Source of the DNA: Octopus vulgaris | Lineage: Eukaryota | Direction of reading: 5' to 3' | Assembly (NCBI GenBank): GCA_951406725.2 | Contig: OX597824.1 | Coordinates: 59,396,001 to 59,460,000, forward strand | Length of the DNA: 64,000 nucleotides | In this document: positions 54,039-64,000 of the stretch, piece by piece | Layout: the number at the start of each line of letters is the position of its first letter | Numbering within the stretch: the first letter of the stretch is position 1 | The notes under the pieces: model-generated | Seen by the model: only the letters and a program-made list of their open reading frames with translations | Database searches by the model: none | What the model was told of the DNA's origin: nothing | Position numbers and translations under genes: made by a program

Positions 54039-54399
54039 CTCGCGTATATGTAAGTGCGTTTAGATCTGTACATGTGTATATAGCTAAGTATGCGTAGCTG
54101 TTTGCAGTCATGTGTGCAGATATCTATATAAGCATGATTGTATACATAACACAGTAGCTTTTAATTTGATATACCTTTATTTAGTTACGTTGTAACTTAC
54201 ATTGTACGCTCAAATCTCTCTAGGTTCGCCTTGTCATTTATTCTTCAAGAGCTGATAAAATAAATACCAATTAGGAATTGAACAGATTTTATTGAATTTA
54301 CCTTCCCACAAGATTGGAAACCTTGTGTCCTGCGAAAAATTAATAATAATTCCTAAGATATTTTCAGCACACGATATTCGATGCAAGTTTCACAATGGA

Positions 54400-55050
54400 A
54401 ATAGAGAGGAAATCAAAATTTACTGATTTTAAATTTGTTGTATCATAGGATTGTGCACATGATCCACTTGTGATTTCTAAGTGGCAAAACGTGGGATCGA
54501 ATCCAACTGTTAAATAATGTCCGCAAAATTTTCCATCGAACGAGTATTGTTGTCTGAGAGCATATTTAAGATAGGTTATTGTCTGAAGTCCGCTTCTCCC
54601 TTGAACCATGCTCCCACCAGATCCAGTGAAATTGTAGTAGTCGACAATAGAATAGAATGGAAATCGCGCGAAATAACTTGGGTGACACCATATTTACATT
54701 CCTTTCGGATATGAGCTCCACTGTAGGCGGGGATAGACAAAGAAAGAAGTAATAAAGTGCCTTCATTTATTTTACGATCATCGACCTCATTTTACTCACT
54801 ATACCAGTCACCTGTAGATTATATCTAAATTATTTTGGGGTGAATAAAATAATCATAAAATTCCATATATTTCTTAAACCAAACATCAGCGGTCTCAGTT
54901 TCCACCATACTCGTCATATAAATGTACCGTGCTTTCGCTGACTCCTTTGGTTGTCTATGAGAGACACTCTCTGGGCCCTCCACACTTGGCTCAGCGAAGA
55001 TAGAGGATGTGACAGTCGAAGTGGTGTTGGGCTGCATCAGCACTCGGCTG
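54400..55050 (-). mobile_element. Possible piggyBac-like transposase remnant
   Basis: Weak motifs SMVQGRSGLQ (compare ESMV.FKGRSG..QY), CHLEITSG, SPKLFRAIS. Confidence 0.35.
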
Positions 55051-55352
55051 GTATTCGTTTTCAGCTGTAGGAATGACGCAGCGTGAAATGGCGTGCTTTA
55101 CTCAAAACAAATTTATCAAAGTTTATAGCAGTAAAAACGGGAATGTACACTGTATTCTCACTATCATGCGAAATATTTATCTATCTATCTATCTTTCTGA
55201 TTTGGTAAAAGAAAATCGCGCGAATACATTCATTCAGTCATTAACCTTCTCATTATCTGAAGAATTTCACCTGTTTTCATCCTCAGAGTCATAAATTTAG
55301 CTTCACGATGAAGATGTCCAGTTTAGACCGAAATGCTATATATGATCGGAAT

Positions 55353-55426
<74 letters not shown>

Positions 55427-55429
55427 TAT

Positions 55430-56625
55430 ATTCTTCTTTCTTCAAATTTTCTTCCGTTTCTCGCCGAGTGTTTTCCGTACACCTAGGGCAGAGAAGCTCA
55501 TTGTATGCATTCCCAGGTTACACACGCAAATTCACAGGTAAAACATGTATTTAAAAAATTAATAAATAAATAAATTTATAAGTGGATGTCGTTTTCAGAG
55601 CGATAATGTTCTTCTCAGTACATGAACCGTTCCAGTTAACAAGATTTTTTGCACTTCCTGTAGGGATGGTAAGCCTGGTATCATTTTCAAATAGGTTTCA
55701 GTACCTATTTTTATCATTCCTAGGGATACTACAATCACTGGTACTGTAGTCGTTTTGAGATACCGCATTTTTTTCAATTTCTATTAGCAAGTCTTTATAT
55801 TTACTGATCTTGTCAAATTCTTTCGTCGCTATATTGTGATCGTAAGGAATACTCATGTCAATTAATAAACACACCTTTTTTGTCTGATCTTTTATAATAA
55901 TATCCGGTTTATTAGCTTTTATAGTTTTGTCAGTCATCACGGGGAAGTCCCATAGAATCGACACATTTTCTTCCTCAGTCACAGCTTCAGGATGATGTTT
56001 ATACCATTTGTCAGCGGTTTTGATTTTATAATGCCGACATATTGTCCAGTGTAAATACTGGCCGACTCTGTCATGTCTTGCTTTATATTCTGCAGGTGCT
56101 AAGACTCTACACCCTGAAATTAGGTGGTCTATAGTTTCAATCTCATCGTTACAGAATCGGCATTTTGGATCAGCTCCATTTTTTATCACATTGGCTTGGT
56201 AGTTCCGGTAGTTCCGCGTTTGGTCTTGAGCAGCTAATATGAAACATTCACTCTCTGCTTTTAGCCCTGAGCTTCGCAACCATTGGTGCGTGTGTTTCTG
56301 GTCGACATTAGCTTGTTTGCTACGGACCACATACTTACCATGCAGAGGTTTCTGTTCCCATCTGCTAGCTAATTTTTCATGTGCTTTTGTCTTAGCAATT
56401 AATTTTATTTTCTTTGCTGTAGCAGTTGGCGCATTTCCTTCAACCTGATCAATCTGGTAGGTATCTAAGAGATCAGTAGCGAATTTTTTGCTCTCCTTAA
56501 GAATAGAGTGAAGTTTTTTCGGTCTTTCATGTTTTTCAACAAGTTTTAGCTTCAAATCGTTTGTTGCTTCAAGGTACTTGTCCAGTCTGATTGTGGTGGT
56601 TTTGTACGAAAGTTCAAGCTGGATC
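55430..56625 (-). mobile_element. Dong/R4 LINE, 5'-truncated 3' copy, bounded by (TAA)n on both sides
   Basis: ORF 55698-56555: CRFCNDEIETIDHLISGC, RHD, KPDII, IDMSIP; ends GTVHVLRRTLSL*; TAA tracts at 55353-55425 and 56626-56716. Confidence 0.93.
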
Positions 56626-56648
56626 TATTATTATTATTAAGCTGGATC

Positions 56649-56708
<60 letters not shown>

Positions 56709-56716
56709 CATTATTA

Positions 56717-59700
56717 CTTTTTTTTTCTTCTTTCAAATTTGCTTCCATTTCTTGCCGAGTGTCTTCCCGACTCCTAGGGCAAAGAAACTCATAGTATACA
56801 TTGGTAGGCCATTAAACCAAACTCAATAGTTCGTTCATTTTTTTTTTTTAAGTTAAATTAAAATACAGGGGCAGCAACAGTTCTCACATCGACAATGCTC
56901 TTCTCAATACGTGTGATGTACCAGTTAAGACAATCTTTTGCACATCTTGCAGGGATGGTAAGCAAGGGATCATTCTCATATAATTTTCGGTTCCCTTCTT
57001 GATCATTTCTAGTGCTCCTACGATCACTGGTATTGTAACCGCCTTGAGATGCCACATTTTCTCAATTTCAATGAGTAGGTCTTTATATTTTCTGAGCTTG
57101 TCAAACTCTTTCGCTGAGATATTATGATCACAGGGGATGCTCATGTCGATCAATAAGCAAACTTTGTTGTTTTGGTCTTTCACAACAATATCTGGTTTAT
57201 TGGCCTTGATGGTTCGGTCTGTATGTACTGGAAAGTCCCACAGAATGGTTACATTTTCTCCTTCAGTTACAGCCTGATATTGTAATGCCGACTTATTAGC
57301 CAGTGTAGATATTGACCAACTCTGTCATGTCTTAATTTATACTCCACTGGTGCTAAGACTTTACATCCAGAGATTAGGTGGTCCACTATTTCAATCATGT
57401 CGTTGCAGAATCGGCATTTTGGGTCTGCTCCATTTTTCATCACATTGGCCTGGTAGTTCCGGGTTAATAAGCTTTGATCTTGAGCAGCCAGGATGAAACC
57501 TTCGCTCTCTGCTTTTAGCCCTGAGCTCCGTAGCCACTGATGGGTTTGCTTCTGGTCAACATCAGCTTATTTGCTGCGGGCCACATATTTGCCGTGCAGA
57601 GGTTTCTCCTCCCACCTATCAGCCAATTGCTCGTGCGCTTTTTTCGTTGCCATTTTTTTCACCTTCTTTGCAACAATAGTTGCCGTACTTCCCTCGGGTT
57701 GTTCTGTTTGGATATCCTGCTCGAGATCAATAGCAAATTTTTTGCTTTCCTTTATGATAGAATGAAGCTTCTTTCGTTTCTCGTGATTTTCCACGAGATT
57801 TAGCATCCAGTCATTCGTTATTTCGAGATATTTGGCCAGTCCAATTGTGGTTGTTTTGTAAGCTAGTTCAAATTGGATCAGGCCTCGACCTCCTTGGGCT
57901 CTGGGAAGGTAAAGGCGATCTACGTCTGCCTTTGGGTGGTGCATCCTATTACAACTCAGCAGCTTGCGTATTTTCCTATCTATATTCTTTACTTCACTCA
58001 TATTCCAGTTCAACACATTGTAGCTATAAGTAACAACTGGAACTGCTAAGGCATTTACAGCTAACACCTTGTTACGTGCATTTAGTTCATATTTCAGGAC
58101 TGCACGAACTCTCCTATAACATTCCTTCCTGATCTTCTCTTTCATGCTTGCATGCTGAATACCAGAGCCTTCATTTATCCCTAAATATTTGTATGTTTGT
58201 TCTTGCTCAAGCTCTCTTATGACTGTGTCAACATCTAACACGACTGAATTTGTGGTCTTCACTTTCCCTTTCTGGAACGTGGCCTTGGCACACTTCTCAA
58301 GCCCAAACTCCATCCCGATGTCATCGCTGAATGCTTTCACAGTGCGCAATAGGCCTTCAAGTTCATTATTGTCTTTACCATAGAGTTTTAAGTCATCCAT
58401 ATAAAATAGATGGCTTATTTTTTTATTGGCAATTTTATACCCATACCCTGTTCTGTTTAATTCACTTGTAAGGGGTATTAGGGCTATGCAGAATATTAAA
58501 GGTGAAAGTGAGTCACCTTGAAAAATTCCACAGTTGATGTTTATATTTTCTGAGGCAAGTACTCCATTAGAGTGGTATAATTGGAGATTCGTATTCCACA
58601 ACGACATATTGTGCTTCAGGAAGTTTGAAATCACAGGGGAAATTTTGAAGATGTCCAGCGATCTCAAGATCCATGGATGCGGTATACTGTCGAAGGCCTT
58701 TTTATAGTCAATCCATGCGGAGCTGAGATTTCTGCGCTTGTTGTGACAGTCCTCAAGGATCATACGATTAATTAGCAGTTGATCTTTGCATCCGTAAGAG
58801 CCTCGGCGGCACCCTTTTTGTTCAATGGGGAAAATATCGTTCTTCTCCATGAATGCATATGTTTTCTCCGCCAGGATAGATGTTAGGATTTTATACGTGG
58901 TGGATAGACAGGTTATAGGCCGATAGTTTTTTGGAAGGTTGGTTTCGTTATTCTTTGGGAGTAGGTAAGTAATACCACTTGCTAACCATTCAGGTGTTTT
59001 CTTTGGGTCTCTCATAATTCCATTGAGCAGCTGAACTAGCTTGCCGTGTGCGCATGGGAGCGATGCGAGCCAGAAATTCGGCACCCTATTTTTACCGGGG
59101 GATTTCCAATTATGAGCCTTCGTGAGTGCCTTTCTTAGGTCTGCTATTGTGATGTCCTCCCATGCTTGTTGTTGTAAATTTTGGTAGGATCCTTCAGTTT
59201 GTATAATCCAGTCTGCATTTATGTTGTACGTCTTCTTGTCACTCCAAATCCTTTTCCAAAAGATTTGAACTTCTTCCATGGGAGGGGGGTCTTTAACGGT
59301 TACTTTCTCCTTCCCTATTTCTCTGTAGAATTTGTTGGCATTGGATGTGAACAGCTTATTTTGCTTGTAAAACTTGTTTCTCTTCTCAAATCTTCGTATT
59401 CTTTGGGCTTTTGCTTGGACTTTTTGTTTCAGCGTTTCTTTTATTGATATCAGTTCTTCTCTTGGTGAGGATCCAAATTTTCTCTTCATCTTTCTTCCTG
59501 TTCTGGATCTTACATCATTTCCACATATTAGTTCATTTAATATTGATATTTCCCCTCTCATAAATTCAATCTCTTTTTCAATTTTACTTCTCCAGGTTTG
59601 ATTACTTCCCAGGTTTGGTTTTCTTTGTTTTTTCAGGGGCATACAGCTGGTTTCAATTGCCCTAGAAGAAGCGTAAATAATTTCATTTAACTCAGTAAAA

Positions 59701-60560
59701 TCAGGTTTTAATTCTTGTATTATTTCATTTGTTACATAGTAGCCAATTTGGATTTGTTTTTTATTTTGGTTTGTATTTGAGAGTTTATGAAGTGGTTCTC
59801 TATCATTCATACTTGTATGTCTTACAACTTCAAGCGTATTCAGGATTTCCTGCCTCATTTCTGCCATAGACTCTCTGTGTTCTTCAGCAAATGCGAGATC
59901 TTCAGTTACTGTTGTTTTATCGTCTTCCTGGCTATCTTTAACAGGTACAATAGAATTTCTTGTATCTTCAGGCCTTTGCGTACTTTGGTCAGATGGCAGT
60001 CTTTCAATTAAGCTTCGTGGCGGGCTATACTGTTCATCTGATTCTTCATTTCCTTTGTGTCTTATATTTATGTCATTTTCCTTTGCGTGCTTGATCGCGC
60101 TTATTTCACTGTCTGTGAGTCTGTTATTTCTAAGGATATCCCTCCTCACATTTGCTAATTTGTTCTCGTCCAAATAGGGCCTACTGTCTTGAGTCCGTGT
60201 TCTCCATATACTGTAAGAGTTTGCGGTGTGTCTCTCTTGAGATGGCCTACCTAATGCATAGTAATAAGCGTATATTACTTCTTTATACTCTTCTCGGGTC
60301 CATTTGTTCCGCTTACATTTTTCTTTCTGTGGTGGTTGTGGTGGTGAACTTGGAGGGCTCGAGTTGGGGGATTTCCCGTTCAAGTGACCATCCATGTCCG
60401 TATTCGGAGAAGAGTTTGTGCCAGTTGATGACTTTTCGATCCCAGGCTGGCTCTTCCCTGGGGGACGCGCTTCCAGATTAACCATAGGACAAGCGATTTG
60501 GTATACTGATTTAGTTTTCCTTTTAGTTTCCAAAAACATTTTGGTGCTACGATAATGTTA
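56717..60560 (-). mobile_element. Near-full-length young Dong/R4 non-LTR retrotransposon
   Basis: Single long ORF covering Myb-like, RT, CCHC and restriction-like endonuclease domains; the 3' UTR runs directly into (TAA)n. Confidence 0.95.
56884..60539 (-). pseudogene. Dong/R4 polyprotein: 990 aa intact, then one premature TAA (57567) and a ~35-bp deletion near 57275
   Basis: RNKWTREEYKEVIYAYY (Myb-like), NYRPITCL, EQKGCRRG, WIDYKKAFDS, GIFQGDSLSP, YMDD, YKYLGI; the frame continues past the stop as ADVDQKQTHQWL..CRFC..HLISGC; ends GTSHVLRRALSM*. Confidence 0.93.
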
Positions 60561-60989
60561 TCATTTTTTTAGCTTTGATTGGCTCGTGGGGAGACGGCCA
60601 TCATTGCCGTTACAATTATAATCGTACCATTATAGCAGCCGTAGTCGGCTTATTATTATCATCACCATTATTATCACTATCAACATTATCACCACCATTA
60701 CCATTATCATTATCATCATCACCATCACCACCATCATCATCAATGATATTGTTTTATGTGTAGTCACAGCAGTATCTTATTATTGTTATTTTTGTTTTTT
60801 ATCATTATCACCATCACAGTAGTGTCTGTCTGTCTCGTTGGCTGGCTTGGTGGTTGGCTGGCTGACTGTCTACAACGCCAGAGTTCTTGCCTGTCAAATA
60901 ATACTTTCATATTTGGTTAACAATAGAGCCGAGGTGAGGTTTGTGTTGGTTGAACTCTTTGAGTGTGTGTGTCTTGAACTCTTTGAGTG

Positions 60990-61046
<57 letters not shown>

Positions 61047-61076
61047 TACTACTATTATTATTATTATTATTATTAT

Positions 61077-61473
61077 AGGCGACATGGCAGAATCGTTAGC
61101 ACGCCGGCCAAAATGCTTAGCGGCATTTTGTCCGCCTTTACATTCTGAGTTCAAATTCCACTGAGGTCGACTTTGCCTTTCATCCTTTCAGACTCGATAA
61201 AATAAGTACCAGTCAAATACTTGGGTCGATGTGATCGACTTACCTCCTCCCACCAAATTATGGCAGCAAGCTGACAGAATTGTTAGCGCACCGGGCGAAA
61301 TGATTTGCGGCACTTCGTCTGTCTGCATTTTCTGAGTTCAAATTCCGCCAAGGTCAACTTCGCCTTTCAACCTTTCGGGGTCGATAAATTAAGTACCAAT
61401 GAAACACTGGGGTCGATGTAATCGACTAGTCATCTCCCCCAAAATTTCAGGCCTTGTACCTATAGTAGAAAGG

Positions 61474-61474
<1 letters not shown>
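61077..61474 (+). mobile_element. Two tandem family 1 SINEs between (ATT)n tracts
   Basis: Consensus matches at 61077-61255 and 61260-61474. Confidence 0.9.
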
Positions 61475-61534
<60 letters not shown>

Positions 61535-61536
<2 letters not shown>

Positions 61537-62680
61537 GGCCGCTGAACGGAGGCCTTGGCATGCCGTGGTTACTGATGCGCAGACATGCGCTCAGGATACG
61601 GCATCTCAAGTGTTTCCTAGACGGTGAACAGGTGTGGTCATCTTTTGTCAGACGCGACTTCCCGCAGCTTGTCTCTTTGACAGAGTTGTAGTCTTGGATC
61701 AAACGCAGACCGAGAAAGGGCGCTTGGCACCTCGAGTGCCGTCAAGCTCTCTCCACCCTCCACCAAGCGGGCAATGCGATTGGTAGTGGTTCCACTCTAG
61801 CGTTTTATAGAGGGTTAGTGGAAGAAAAGTGCGACAACGTTCTCGGGGAAACTCTAGGCGTTGACGATAACGAGCCAAACAGTCTGTTCGGGAGAACTTT
61901 CGGGCCGGGGCCAATGGATAATCTCCAAAGGTCCTTCGCCTGGCAGTGCTACCTCTTCGGGATAAACTCTACCGGCACGGATGTGCCGTCAGACGGGCCT
62001 GCCGGAGATGCGCCCAGGACGACGAAACGGTTCTGCGCGCACTCGTCCAGTGCCCGAGTATTGCTGAACTATGGGTTTATGTCAAACAGCTACTGTCGCG
62101 TATAGGACGGATCCGGCTATCAGCTGAATCCATAGTGAGGATTGCCTCGCTGGCCTCCTTTAACTGGGAGGGCAAGGCAGTTTTCCTTTGCCTAGTGGCT
62201 GTAGCGAAAGAGGTGATATGGTGGACCCGTTTGAAAGGGCTAAGGTCAGACACTTTCTTCTTTGGCTAAGCCCTCATCAACTTTTTCAAGTTTCACTTGA
62301 AAAGGAAGAAGAGTAGAGAGGGAAGTGCTGTCTGGTAGCAAGCTTATTGAAAGGTGGGTGAATGTTGCAAGAATGGCCAGTATGAACGGACCAATTCTGA
62401 GGATACACCTGTGAAAAATTAAAAGGAATTATAAAAGGAGAAAGGGGCTCTCTACCCCTCTTTTGACGAGGCTCCAGTGGCTTTTATGAGTTTTTCCACG
62501 AGTAACCTTTCGAAGCGCCTCCCCCTATTGGGAGTTTTAATTGTTACTTATATTTCGTTGTTATCCTGCTTTTGTACATGAACTTTTTTCAAACGGACAA
62601 AACCTTTTGTAACTTTCGTCGTGTTTTATCCTTTTATGTTTTAATTGATTTTTGTTAGCCCTTGTGGCCAATAAACGAAT
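61535..62680 (+). mobile_element. Tx1-clade LINE 3' fragment related to 48309-50540, inside an (ATT)n tract
   Basis: GGLGMPWLLMRRHALR, FGPGPMDNLQRS, CRRCAQDDETVLRALVQCP; 3' end GCCCTTGTGGCCAATAAACGAAT; (ATT)n at 61475-61533 and 62682-62790. Confidence 0.92.
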
Positions 62681-62682
62681 TA

Positions 62683-62793
<111 letters not shown>

Positions 62794-62899
62794 GACTAAA
62801 TGAATAACTCGAGCATAAATTCATGGAGGAATTTTTATTATTTTTGCTACGAAGTAACTGAATAATGACATGGTTTTCTCCACTTATTAAATTGAAACG

Positions 62900-63470
62900 G
62901 ATGGCCTAATCAAAGTCTTTCGCCCACTTTTAATGTGTTTTCTGCTACTGCTTGCAAATTTGTTTCCGATTCCTTTCGTCAGAAGACGATGGATTGGTAC
63001 TGTTGTTTCTAGTTATGGTAGGGAGACTATTTACATAGTTATCGTTTTTTTTAGATCGGGCCTGAGTTGATTTCTTCCACTTTCATAGATGGGACAGAGT
63101 GTTTTGTCAACGTTTCCGTCTGAAACCTGAAACGAGGAACAAATTTCGGCCATTTCGGATCTGCAACCGGTCAACCAGAACATCAACCTGAAAAACCCTG
63201 ATCAGTCTTCAAGTGGCTTTTGCTGTCACAAGTATAACAACTGGGTTTTCTATCCTACACCATCAGTCACATTGCCTTAATTTCAGAGCCTACAACAAGG
63301 TATAGAATCTAGATTAGCATTGTGGGCCTTAGGGCTGGCAAGTCAATGTTGATCACCTCCCGACCACGTATGATTTCTCTTTATCTATACGTTTAGTACA
63401 TATCCATGACTTCAAACAGGTGTCAAACGAAGGGCCACAATCATTTGCTATACCTCTAATGGTGACACTT
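62900..63470 (-). mobile_element. Possible piggyBac (PGBD-like) C-terminal remnant
   Basis: DKSVTI..AND CG..FDTC.KSW....DKEK followed by ..AHNANL; weak similarity only. Confidence 0.3.
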
Positions 63471-63475
63471 TTATC

Positions 63476-64000
63476 ATGTTGAGCAACCAAAAAGTTCCGG
63501 GACTTGTTCAGTAGCGTGCCAGCAGATGACAGCACACCGTTGCGTGCACAATGAGAGCTAGCAGTGACATAAATAAGTCAGTGTGCCGAGTGACATTACT
63601 ATGTTTACTTCGTAAATGCTGAGATTTGAGATTTTGTTATCGCGTATATGTTGTAGTCTATGATTCTGTCATGGACAGGAAGAAAAACCCAACGTAAAAT
63701 TTTGCGTTAAACCTGGAAAGTCTGCTGCAGAGACATTGAGCATATTTTGGCAAACTTACGGGAAAGAGGCAATGGGTCGCACGCAATGTTTTGAGTGGTA
63801 CTGGAACTTCGAAAGGAGAAGAACGACCCTGGAAGATTATGAGCTATCTGAAAGATCTGCTACAAGCGCCACCCCCGGAAAAGTGGTATTGTACATCGAG
63901 AATTCGTCCCACAGTTCGACACCGACAATCGAGAGTTCTACTGCGAAGTTTTGAAGCTTTTGAGGGAGGGCATTCGGCAAAATCGACCGGATCTATGGAA
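63476..64000 (+). mobile_element. Mariner (irritans/vertumnana-like), internally deleted, runs off the window end
   Basis: TIR-like ..ACCAAAAAGTTCCGGGACT; NVKFCVKPGKSAAET, YGKEAMGRTQCFEWY..F, HREFVP, EFYCEVLKLLREGIRQNRPDLW. Confidence 0.8.

Overview
Eukaryotic, AT-rich, microsatellite- and transposon-dense DNA. The SINE families, Dong/R4 LINEs and (AAT)n/(TA)n/(GATA)n load are typical of a coleoid cephalopod such as Octopus (inference, not verified). Most ORFs in the supplied track are microsatellite artefacts or decayed transposon frames. Mobile DNA recognised: a Helitron RepHel remnant with a 64-bp minisatellite, a non-autonomous Helitron, several Penelope (GIY-YIG) fragments, two mariners, a maT-like Tc1, a hAT nested in a SINE, an AcademX-like element, about 8 Dong/R4 LINE pieces mostly next to (TAA)n, two Tx1 LINEs, a CR1-group LINE, a HERO-like fragment, piggyBac remnants and many tRNA-derived SINEs. 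The only host-gene signal is also the main finding: three paralogous first coding exons of an SLC22 (OCT/OAT-type MFS) transporter at 19706-19847, 29853-29994 and 51793-51934. All are on the + strand, each is exactly 142 nt from ATG to a phase-1 G|GTAAGT donor, and they diverge mainly in TM1. No downstream SLC22 exons were recognisable between them, which suggests a possible variable-first-exon array. Most repeat boundaries are approximate (read by eye).
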